This document shows, in pieces, positions 30,189-38,439 of a stretch of 64,000 nucleotides of DNA (within the stretch, counting starts at the first letter, position 1; each line of letters opens with the position of its first letter). Position numbers and translations under genes: made by a program. The DNA is taken from assembly GCA_003151625.1 (NCBI GenBank), contig PLYC01000013.1:29210-93209 (forward strand), given 5' to 3'. The notes below the pieces were generated by a model. That model was not told the origin of the DNA. It saw only the letters and a list, made by a program, of their open reading frames with translations, and did no database searches. The stretch is from Candidatus Doudnabacteria bacterium. Its GTDB lineage: Bacteria > Patescibacteriota > Doudnabacteria > UBA920.

Positions 30189-30893
30189 CTATTCCTTGTG
30201 GTGACGTTCGAGAGTCGGAAGAGAGAGCTGGGCGGCATGGCTGGCCTTCCGGTTGTCAGCTTTCCTGTTCTTTGCCGGCTGGCCAAAAAGCAGGCGCGCC
30301 GACACGCCCTCATGGTAAACACCTTTGGTCTTGTCGCTGGTCGGATGCTCCTTGGACTTCATCTTAGTGTACCACCGGTTACAGCCGGCCCGTTTTTGCG
30401 TCTTGGCCTCGGTCGGGTATTTGCCGAACGGCTTGCCGTAAAGCAGCGGTTGCCACTTGGCTTTGACCTTTAAGTCTTGTTCCCCCGCGCGCTTTAGGGC
30501 TCTCTTGTGGTTCTTATATAGCTTGGCAGTTAAGATTTCTGCCGTCACGTGTTCCCGATTTACATCCGGGTAGTGGTGGCAGAAGTTGTCTACTGCCTTC
30601 GCGGACGAAACCGCCTCCGTAATTTTCTTGGGCTTGCCGTTAACGAACACCAGGTACTTGAGCTTACCCAGCCTTTTCAGCTTTTTTTGTTCCTTTTGGT
30701 TGAGCTCATCGGTTAGGAGCACCGCACACAAACGTTCCTTTGCCTCGGGATTGTCAAAGTTCGGGTGGCGGCGGCAGACAAAGCCAATCGCCTCCTGGGG
30801 CGAGTTGGCGCAAGTTTTGTCTATTAGGACTTCTTCATAATAAACCAGGTACGGCGCGTTGCCGTTTGGTGTTATCAGCTGATTCTCCATCAT
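30189..30893 (-). CDS. Basic hypothetical protein with internal repeats
   Basis: AAGGAGGA SD; two clear and one degenerate YLV...(T/C)EA repeats. Confidence 0.6.
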   Translation of the reverse strand: MMENQLITPNGNAPYLVYYEEVLIDKTCANSPQEAIGFVCRRHPNFDNPEAKERLCAVLLTDELNQKEQKKLKRLGKLKYLVFVNGKPKKITEAVSSAKAVDNFCHHYPDVNREHVTAEILTAKLYKNHKRALKRAGEQDLKVKAKWQPLLYGKPFGKYPTEAKTQKRAGCNRWYTKMKSKEHPTSDKTKGVYHEGVSARLLFGQPAKNRKADNRKASHAAQLSLPTLERHHKE

Positions 30894-30973
30894 CACATGC
30901 TCCTCCTTTAGGAGCGAACTTAAGCTGATTTTACACCCAATTTTTTGTGTTGACAAATCCTTTGCCAGGATTA

Positions 30974-31207
30974 TTAAGAATTTTGCAGGCGTTTGCGTTC
31001 TTCAATAAGCTGCTGATATCGCATTCTTAATCGGCTCTCATTGTCTCGCATTTTTTCGCTCTCGTCAGGATCTGTAGATTCTATTACATTAATATGTAAG
31101 GCTAAAAATTGTTCTTCACATGCTCGGATTTCTTTTGCCAGTTCCAAAAGCCTCTGCTCATTTGTTTTAAAACCTCGGCCACCGTCTATGTTTATAATTT
31201 CTGCCAT
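30974..31207 (-). CDS. Small coiled-coil protein
   Basis: 77 aa; shared upstream palindrome. Confidence 0.55.
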   Translation of the reverse strand: MAEIINIDGGRGFKTNEQRLLELAKEIRACEEQFLALHINVIESTDPDESEKMRDNESRLRMRYQQLIEERKRLQNS

Positions 31208-31420
31208 AAATCAAAATAAAATAGCCTTAATATAAGGCTATTTTTAACCTTTTTAGGGGTTTTGGCTATCTTGACTTCCGGATTTAGAGGTGCGGTAAAG
31301 AAGCTGGTCAAATAAGGAAGGTGACAAGATAACAATAGCAAAGCCGGAAGGACCTGCGTCCTCCCGGCTTAAATTATGGGTAGGTATAAATATTATTCGC
31401 TGTTTTCGGACATAAAAATT

Positions 31421-31518
31421 TTATTAGCGACGTAGAGCGAGTGTCCCGCCAAGGCGGGACCGAGCCGAGGAGCTAATACAGGTTCTATACCTCGCAGCTC
31501 TGCTCCGAGGAACCTTTA
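31421..31518 (-). repeat. Structured dispersed element, copy B
   Basis: See copy A. Confidence 0.85.
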
Positions 31519-31806
31519 TTTTTCCGGCTCTTCCGTTAAAACCCCAACACTTTTTTTGGGACGGCTTGAGGGCTTGGGTTGTGGTTCGTCTGCTACTTCC
31601 TTGGGAGCATAAGGATTTTTTCTTTCCGGCTCCCTGCGCGGGTTGCGCATTGCTTCCATTTCGGCTTCTAATTCTCTTCTTTTCTCAGGAGTTAAAGGCT
31701 TGGCGTCTTTTGGTTCGCTACCTGTTTCTGGTATTTGTTTGCGTAAATCTTTAACTCGCCAATCGATGCCTTCTTGTTTACTATCCATTTCACTTAATGT
31801 TGGCAT
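31516..31806 (-). CDS. Small charged low-complexity protein (paralog of 29146)
   Basis: MPT start, C-terminus SVGVLTEEPEK. Confidence 0.65.
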   Translation of the reverse strand: MPTLSEMDSKQEGIDWRVKDLRKQIPETGSEPKDAKPLTPEKRRELEAEMEAMRNPRREPERKNPYAPKEVADEPQPKPSSRPKKSVGVLTEEPEK

Positions 31807-31954
31807 ATATTTGTAATTAAAAATAAGCCCTTTATAAGCTTATTTTACCCCAGTTAGGGCTTTATGACAAACACCAAGCTTGGGTATTTTGGGTTGCCTT
31901 GACTAAATTTTGCCCAAGCATATAATCAGTTTACCCCTAAAAGGAGGGGCAACA

Positions 31955-32797
31955 ATGAAACGCTTGCAGATAGCTACCGCTACGCTGTTGGCAATTGCGC
32001 CGGCTTTTGCGGCTGACCCGCCGTCTAATGCCGGCAAAGTGGAATTGCAACTGGAATTCCGGTGGGGAGGAGATATTATTCCAAACCCCATTAAGCAATT
32101 TTCCAACATCCCGGCCTCGTACCGTACGGTGCCGTGGCATCCGGACGACGACCCGACCGGAAAACTAACCGCAACAATAGCCGACTCGACACTAAACCCA
32201 ACTAGTCTGAGCTTTATTAGCTTCATGCCCGCCGTCGGCCTGACGTTTTACGATAGATTGACCCTGCGGATGGGCTTTGACTTCCAGCATTCGGGAGTAA
32301 CCAAGGTTGGTACCGGCAACGACGGCATTGTCCGCGAAACGGAAATCCACAGCTACACCTTCTCGCGGCTGTATGGCACCTCTCTGGTTTACTATGCCAT
32401 ACCGCGCGCGCACTGGTCGTCCTTGCCCAACCCGACACCCGAAGTCGAGATCCGCCTTTGGAGCCAGATAGGGCTGCTCTGCGGAGGCTGGCGGAAGAAT
32501 TTTACCTACAACATCCAGCGCGGCTGGGACCGGTACTCCGCTATGCAGGTTTTGGACAACACGCCGTTTGCCAACGTGGAGATGTACCATCCATATATTG
32601 GCATACGGCTTGCCTGGGCGAGCAGGGAAGATGACGGCCGGCCGTTTATTGGCGTTGTCTTTACTGTCGGCCCCACGATTTTGAAACCCCAATTCGTGGC
32701 CCAGGCTCAGGGCACAAAGTTCTCGGGCGACACCCGCGGCATAATGTTCAACGTGGCCTTCACTTTTGGCGGCGCTGTCATGGAGCTGGTCAAGTAA
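31955..32797 (+). CDS. Secreted protein, possible beta-barrel
   Basis: TTGACT/TATAAT promoter, AAGGAGG SD, signal peptide ending AFA, alternating hydrophobic strands. Confidence 0.6.
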   Translation: MKRLQIATATLLAIAPAFAADPPSNAGKVELQLEFRWGGDIIPNPIKQFSNIPASYRTVPWHPDDDPTGKLTATIADSTLNPTSLSFISFMPAVGLTFYDRLTLRMGFDFQHSGVTKVGTGNDGIVRETEIHSYTFSRLYGTSLVYYAIPRAHWSSLPNPTPEVEIRLWSQIGLLCGGWRKNFTYNIQRGWDRYSAMQVLDNTPFANVEMYHPYIGIRLAWASREDDGRPFIGVVFTVGPTILKPQFVAQAQGTKFSGDTRGIMFNVAFTFGGAVMELVK

Positions 32798-33011
32798 ATG
32801 GCGCAAGCTTGCAATCACGCAACCCGGAAGCACTGTCTTCCGGGTTCGTTTTTTATATGCTAATTTTTTTGGAAGTTTGGTAATAAATGGTCTTGCCGTT
32901 AGAGCCGTTTGTGGAAAGATTTAAATACTCCGATTCAATTTTGTACAATTTGCCGGGGCGGGATTTTTTAAAGACTTTGCCATAGCAAAAGCCCCAGCCA
33001 GGGGCGGGGGC

Positions 33012-33269
33012 TTAAGCGTAAGCACCTTGGCCGCGGTGTTTAATTTTAATTACTGTTACCAAAAGTTCGTGTTTATAAATATCATAAATAATCCGGTAAG
33101 GCCATACTCTTACAGTATAAGATCCTTCGTACTTTCCTTTAAGCTTTTTTCCTATCCAAGGGTTATTGGCAATAGTTGAAAGGGTAATTTTAATCCGCTC
33201 GTTATAAGGGCTGGGAATTTTATTTAGTTGCTTTTCGGCCCTTGGGTCCAGTTTTAGTCGGAACGCCAT
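33012..33269 (-). CDS. RelE/ParE family toxin
   Basis: AEKQLNKI, NPWIGKKLKG, RVWPYRIIY, IKHR. Confidence 0.9.
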   Translation of the reverse strand: MAFRLKLDPRAEKQLNKIPSPYNERIKITLSTIANNPWIGKKLKGKYEGSYTVRVWPYRIIYDIYKHELLVTVIKIKHRGQGAYA

Positions 33270-33582
33270 ATGGTTTTTTTGCTTTCTCGGCCAAAACAAA
33301 ACCCTGCTTGGCCAATAATTCTTCCAGCGTAGTCCAATTTTTATGTTCACCTCTTTTAACAGCCGCGCGACTTTCTTTTAATTCCTTGTCTAGTTCGGGC
33401 ATCTCCTCCATGACATCCATAGTTTCTATTATGGATTCGTATTCTTCGTAGGAAAGAATAACGGCTTTGGGTTTGCCGTTTTCGGTTAAAGTATAAATAA
33501 CACCGGGGTTTTGCACATCTTGGGCAATATCAAAAATCTTCTTCCGAGCTTCGGTAATGGATAATGTGGTTTTAGAATTCAT
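33220..33582 (-). CDS. Phd/YefM antitoxin
   Basis: SITEARKK, LTENGKPKAVILS.EEYES. Confidence 0.9.
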   Translation of the reverse strand: MNSKTTLSITEARKKIFDIAQDVQNPGVIYTLTENGKPKAVILSYEEYESIIETMDVMEEMPELDKELKESRAAVKRGEHKNWTTLEELLAKQGFVLAEKAKKPYGVPTKTGPKGRKATK

Positions 33583-33716
33583 AAAATATTGATTAGATTT
33601 ATATGTACATAATAACGTACATTAAAATGTAAGTCAAGTGGAAAACTGAAAGTACTCCAACCACCTCTCCCAGCTAGCGCTGGGTACTCCTCGCTTTTCA
33701 AGGAGGAGAGACTGCA

Positions 33717-34379
33717 CTAAAATAAACTCTTTTCTTTTAAGCTTACATATCCCGCGCCGGTTACTATAACGTGATCTAAAATTTCTATGCCAAGCAAACG
33801 GCCGGCAGCGGTTAATCTTTTTGTGACGGCGATATCTTCGTCAGAAGGTTCTAAACTGCCGCTGGGGTGGTTGTGGGCGACAATGATGTGCGAGGTAAGG
33901 TGTTTTATGGCCGGTTCAAAGACTTCGCGGGGATGGATGAGGCTGGAGTTTAGGGTGCCAATGGATATTACTTCGCGTTTTATTTCCCGGTTTTGTGTGT
34001 CCAAAAAGAACACCACAAAATGCTCTTTTTTGCTTTCGCGGATTTCTTTTAACTGTTCCCAAACTTCGCGGGGAGAAAGAATTAATGCAGAGGGTTTGTC
34101 TTTAAGCAAGCGGCGTCCGAGCTCAAAACAGGCAATTAACTCCCCTGCCTTAACCGGGCCGATGCCGTTTATTTTTTTAAGTTCCTCAAACCCGGCATTG
34201 GCAAGGCTCGTGCCTTTGTATTTGCGCAGAGCGCTTTCCGCCACCCGAATAACGTTGCTTCCTTTTGGGCCGGTCCTTAAAATAATTGCCAAAAGCTCCT
34301 GAGTCCCAAGCTTTCCCGGCCCATATTTAACCAGCCGCTCTCTTGGCATTTCTATTTTGTGGTAATTTTTTATTGCCAT
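33717..34379 (-). CDS. radC: RadC family protein (HhH + JAB)
   Basis: PRERL, ELLAIILRTG, GIGPVKA, IHPREVF, HNHPSG, LDHVI. Confidence 0.93.
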   Translation of the reverse strand: MAIKNYHKIEMPRERLVKYGPGKLGTQELLAIILRTGPKGSNVIRVAESALRKYKGTSLANAGFEELKKINGIGPVKAGELIACFELGRRLLKDKPSALILSPREVWEQLKEIRESKKEHFVVFFLDTQNREIKREVISIGTLNSSLIHPREVFEPAIKHLTSHIIVAHNHPSGSLEPSDEDIAVTKRLTAAGRLLGIEILDHVIVTGAGYVSLKEKSLF

Positions 34380-34408
34380 TTTGTTTTGGTTAATAAACTT
34401 TTTAAATA

Positions 34409-34436
34409 TTGACAAGCGCTTTGTAAGTGCTATAAT
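34409..34436 (+). promoter_or_regulatory. Consensus sigma70 promoter
   Basis: TTGACA-16-TATAAT with TG extension; no credible ORF downstream. Confidence 0.75.
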
Positions 34437-34442
34437 AAATTT

Positions 34443-34551
34443 GTCCGAATACGTCCGTATGGTCGGTGTTTGTCCGCTTAAGGCGGGCAGAATAGGAACA
34501 GCCAACCTCTTAACAATGTTGGGTTGCCGGGTCATTGACAGCCCGGTTTTT
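34443..34551 (+). ncRNA. Candidate DUF3800-associated small RNA
   Basis: Between consensus promoter and terminator CCGGG..CCCGGTTTTT; internal hairpins; convergent with DUF3800 gene. Confidence 0.6.
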
Positions 34552-34557
34552 GGTTGC

Positions 34558-35136
34558 CTAAAGTTTTTTAATTAAACCTGTTTTAATAGATTTGTCGTAT
34601 AGTTTTTTCATATTGTTATCTCCTTCCAAAAAATCCCTAACAAAACCCGCTACTGCGTCTGCAAGGTGAATAATACAATTTGACTGGTCCGAAATTCCTC
34701 GGACTTTTTTAACTTGTATTTGTCTGCGGCGAAGTCCGGCGGCAACCCCGACCCTTTCTTTGCCTCCTAGCGCATCAATAAAAATAGATGCCTCGTAATT
34801 GGTTATTGGCGCAGTGGAAATAATAGCTTTAGCCGCAGCAATAATTGTCATTTCTTGGTAATCTCTCCGTCCAGAAAATGCGGCGTAATTGATTTTATTT
34901 ATAAACAAGGGATTCTCAAGAATTTTTTCCAAATAAGCCAATCTCCTGATTAAGCTGGTCTTTTTCCATTTACTAATCCCTTTTAAAGTTTTCTTTTCTA
35001 TTTTTTCCAGCTCCCGAATTAGCAACTCCCGTTCGGCGCCCGTAATAACAATTGCTACAAGAAAAAAACGTCATTGAGTATCCTGGCCGGTTTCGTCTAC
35101 GTAGCAGTAAAGTTTTTGTTTTGGTTTTATAGACAT
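34558..35136 (-). pseudogene. DUF3800 family gene with in-frame TGA at codon 22
   Basis: YCYVDETGQDTQ*RFFLVAIV N-terminus; IHLADAVAG C-terminus; TGA at 35071-35073. Confidence 0.75.
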
Positions 35137-35289
35137 TTTGTTAGATATTATTATAGTATACAATCGTTCACCTAATGTCAACATTAAAAAATAGCCCATT
35201 TTTAGGCTATTTTTAAAATTTATCCACAATTTAAGCTGCTTTGGCTAAGCGGTCAAAGATTGGATATTACGACTTATGTGCATTTTGTA

Positions 35290-35472
35290 TTATTCGCTTT
35301 CTTCAGTACGCGTTTCGCCTGCAAGATGCCTTTTTGCTTTTTTTATTTTGTCTTCCAATTTAGGCGGCGGATTGGTCGGTTTTTCCAGGTCTTTAAATAG
35401 CCCAGGCTTGTATCCTGGCTCATCTCCAAATAAGTTGCCGGACTCCACCGGTTGCTGAGTCTCTTTTCTCAT
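35290..35472 (-). CDS. Small charged hypothetical protein
   Basis: 60 aa ORF. Confidence 0.45.
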   Translation of the reverse strand: MRKETQQPVESGNLFGDEPGYKPGLFKDLEKPTNPPPKLEDKIKKAKRHLAGETRTEESE

Positions 35473-35623
35473 ATATTTAAATTAAATATTCAATGTATCC
35501 CTATATTACCCTTTTTACATCCAATTTACAAATTTTATAGACTATTGTAATAAGGCAATTTTTGCGGATAAAGAAAAAAGGATATACTTTTGTATGTACT
35601 TTTTTCCAATTTCCCTAAATATT

Positions 35624-36169
35624 TCACGCTGCAGGCCTTTTTTGCCATTCTTGCGGTTCGGATTCAGCAGGTTTAGGTTGCAGTTTGGGTCGGATTGGTT
35701 TAACCACACCTAGTGTTGGCCTTGGTTCCGGTATAGGCACAAGCGGCTCAGTTAAGGGCGCGGGCTCATAAGTCCGCTCGACAGGATGTATCTCGCCGGT
35801 GATGTGCCAGTCCTTTTCCGCTAAAATTTTAAGCAGCAAATTTTTTTGTTCCTCGGCTTCATTGTTAAAAATAATTTTCACACCTTCTGTGCGCCCCGGG
35901 TCTGCCGCGGCCTTAACTGAAACCACTCGGCTGTATTCTTTATTAATAAAATCAATTACTTCGTCTCTAACCTCGGTGGCGGATTTCTTATCCGCTTTGG
36001 CAAACATAATATAATACGTTAGCCCTTTTACTCGTTCCTTTCTTGCCTGTAAAGCTTGCTCCACTGGATAGTGTTGTGCTTCATAGTCTATTTTTTTTTG
36101 CGCTCGGGCAAAGTCGGCCTCGGACATGCCGTTGTCTTCGTCGTTTGAAAGTTCGGAAGTTTGTTGCAT
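35624..36169 (-). CDS. Hypothetical protein with Pro-rich tail
   Basis: 181 aa ORF. Confidence 0.6.
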   Translation of the reverse strand: MQQTSELSNDEDNGMSEADFARAQKKIDYEAQHYPVEQALQARKERVKGLTYYIMFAKADKKSATEVRDEVIDFINKEYSRVVSVKAAADPGRTEGVKIIFNNEAEEQKNLLLKILAEKDWHITGEIHPVERTYEPAPLTEPLVPIPEPRPTLGVVKPIRPKLQPKPAESEPQEWQKRPAA

Positions 36170-36173
36170 ATTA

Positions 36174-36279
36174 TTATTCGCGACGTAGGCGAGACAAAGT
36201 AATGCCTTAAGGTATTACTTTGCGAGCCGAGGAGCTAAGAAAGGTTCAATACCTCGCGGCTTGCCCCGAGGAACCTTTA
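36174..36279 (-). repeat. Structured dispersed element, copy C
   Basis: See copy A; fills nearly the whole intergenic gap. Confidence 0.85.
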
Positions 36280-36537
36280 TTTCCATCGTTCCAGATGTGG
36301 AACGCCTTTAACCATCCACCCGGCCAAAAAGCCCGGGAAGCCCATTTCTTTTAATTTTTCTTTACAAAAAGCTTGCATTTGCTGGGCGTTCCAGCCTGGG
36401 TTTTTAAACGCGCCGTTTTGGTAGCAATAAGAGCAATACATTGTGTTCTTTGTGCCGTCCGCGTTGGTTCCTCCGCCGGCAGGGTCTTTTTTCATTGGCA
36501 TCCCGCAACTTTGACAATTTTTGTATGTTTGAGCCAT
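36277..36537 (-). CDS. Putative zinc-ribbon domain protein
   Basis: CQSCGMPM, GTNADG, YCSYCYQNG, LERW. Confidence 0.88.
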   Translation of the reverse strand: MAQTYKNCQSCGMPMKKDPAGGGTNADGTKNTMYCSYCYQNGAFKNPGWNAQQMQAFCKEKLKEMGFPGFLAGWMVKGVPHLERWK

Positions 36538-36664
36538 AGATTGCGTATTTAAATGTTAATAACTTAGCCCAATTTAATTTTACTCCCAAATAAAACAAAA
36601 ATCAAAAAAAATCGGCGCGCGGAAGGAAGATCCGCGCGCCACATGGTTAGAGAGTCGTGCTGCG

Positions 36665-37105
36665 CTAGCCTTTGAGATATTTGATGAAGCTCATTCGGGC
36701 GGCTTTATAAGATCGAGCCGCGCCTACAGCCTTATGGTACTTTTCCCCATGGAACACTAAGTTTGCGGTAAACATTAGTATCAAAAGGGTTACTGTTACA
36801 GTCCAGTTGAGCTTGAAACAGAAATAGCTCAACCAAAATGCAATACTCCCTAACGCAATGATCGTTGCCTGGTTGCACCAGATCCGTTTCTGACACCAGT
36901 AGTAGTAATTGCGTATGTTTGTGTCGTCCAAGGTTGGCCATTCCCCGCGAAGCGTCAATGTGAGGCTGGTTGTTACGATTGATGCAGCGACCGCGAGGGA
37001 GAACAAACTTTCTTGGACGGTAAGGTGTAGGGTGTACTTCATCCCCGCAACGCAGAACACAAACGCAAACACTTCGGCGGCTGACAGCACAAACACTCTT
37101 CTCAT
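36665..37105 (-). CDS. Hypothetical membrane protein
   Basis: AGAGGAG SD, four hydrophobic segments. Confidence 0.55.
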   Translation of the reverse strand: MRRVFVLSAAEVFAFVFCVAGMKYTLHLTVQESLFSLAVAASIVTTSLTLTLRGEWPTLDDTNIRNYYYWCQKRIWCNQATIIALGSIAFWLSYFCFKLNWTVTVTLLILMFTANLVFHGEKYHKAVGAARSYKAARMSFIKYLKG

Positions 37106-37244
37106 TCTTTATCTTTCTCCTCTTTTAGAATTTGATTTGGGAATAAATTATTTTACTACAGAATGAGACTAATGTAAAGGGGGCGGAAAATTTATAAAAC
37201 AAAAAAACCCTTCGAAAATTAATTGAGGGGTTTAATTTAAAATT

Positions 37245-38012
37245 TTAGATCTTTTTTAACTCCAAACACATAAAGAGAGGGATTTCTTTTCTGGCCACAT
37301 CTTCGGCGGCTTTACGCGGGCCTTTATCGGAAGTTTTGTGGGAGACCCATTCTTCCAAGCGAGTTACGCAAAGTCCGGCTTTGGCAAAAGCTTTAAAGTA
37401 AACCTGCAAAGGGTGGTGAAAGGACATAGTAAATCGCTTCTTTTTTTCATCAGTTATCCCCTGTGTCATATCTACTTCCTGTGTTATTTCGGAAAGATAT
37501 TTATTGATATTGCGATACTGCGTACTGGTTTTTTCGTCGTATGCCCAAGATGAAGCGCCGGGTATTCTAAATGTGGGATGGTTTAAGACCAACACCAGCC
37601 TGCCGCCGGGTTTTAATACGCGCGATATTTCCGATATTGCCGCTTGTAAATTTTTTATATTTTGTAAAGCCAAAATGCAAATCGCCGCATCAAATCTGTT
37701 TGACGACAATGAAACCATTTTTTCTGCTGACAAAACCAAATATGTTTCGTTTTTTCCGGGGTGCTCTTTGGCCAACTTAATTAACTCCCCTGCTACATCC
37801 ACTCCTACAACTTTTGCCCCGGCCCGAGCCAGCTCACGCGCAAAAAAACCCTGCCCGCATCCCACGTCCAAAATTTCCTCCCCGGGTTTTGGGGAAAGGA
37901 TTCTTAAGAGATTTGGCTTTATAAGTTTTTCCTGGTAAGTGTCGTCGTTTTCTTCCAAATGCTGATTGTACCACCCGGCCACGTTGCCCCAGGACGTAGA
38001 TTTCTTTTGCAT
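37245..38012 (-). CDS. Class I SAM-dependent methyltransferase
   Basis: ILDVGCGQG, RVLKPGG. Confidence 0.9.
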   Translation of the reverse strand: MQKKSTSWGNVAGWYNQHLEENDDTYQEKLIKPNLLRILSPKPGEEILDVGCGQGFFARELARAGAKVVGVDVAGELIKLAKEHPGKNETYLVLSAEKMVSLSSNRFDAAICILALQNIKNLQAAISEISRVLKPGGRLVLVLNHPTFRIPGASSWAYDEKTSTQYRNINKYLSEITQEVDMTQGITDEKKKRFTMSFHHPLQVYFKAFAKAGLCVTRLEEWVSHKTSDKGPRKAAEDVARKEIPLFMCLELKKI

Positions 38013-38014
38013 AA

Positions 38015-38260
38015 TTAAATCTCTTTATAAAACTTTTTAAAAGCTGCAATATATTTTTCGCGATTTTCTTCCGTCCACTTATAAATTGCCGCGGCTTTGT
38101 CGTAGTAGTCCGAAATAACCGCGTTATCAAGTTCGGGCTCATGCTTGCGGTCTGGCAATGAATCCATTTTTTTGCGAAGGACTACGTCCTGCTTAGCTGC
38201 GCTCTCCACAAGCTCATTATGCAATTGTTCCGGGGTAGTTATTTCATTTACGTCGCCCAT
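38015..38260 (-). CDS. Hypothetical protein
   Basis: 81 aa ORF adjoining the MTase gene. Confidence 0.55.
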   Translation of the reverse strand: MGDVNEITTPEQLHNELVESAAKQDVVLRKKMDSLPDRKHEPELDNAVISDYYDKAAAIYKWTEENREKYIAAFKKFYKEI

Positions 38261-38439
38261 ATGAGTAATCGTTAATTAAAGGTATTTTAACTTAATTGGA
38301 ACTAAAATACAATAAAAAACCTTTCAAATCCACCATCTGCAAGCCGGCAAGCTCCCTCGCGCCGGCTGTTGTATTTATAGTTATGGAATAATTAAAAAGA
38401 TAAGCGCGCTTCGGGAGTGAAGCGCGCTGTGCGACCCGT

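Noticed and set aside
31271-31375. Small RNA (TTGACT promoter plus AAGCCGG hairpin)
   Set aside because: Weak -10 and no U-tract; may only terminate the converging genes.
33654-33712. Novel ncRNA between radC and the TA pair
   Set aside because: Looks like an ordinary REP-type double hairpin, single copy in the window.
34380-34535. N-terminal extension of radC in the ORF track
   Set aside because: It overlaps the opposite-strand promoter and RNA; RadC similarity starts at ATG 34379.
35071-35073. UGA-as-Gly recoding (genetic code 25)
   Set aside because: TGA ends several well-defined genes here (ATPase 5833, YwbE 14565, helicase 44163), and other long genes have no internal TGA.
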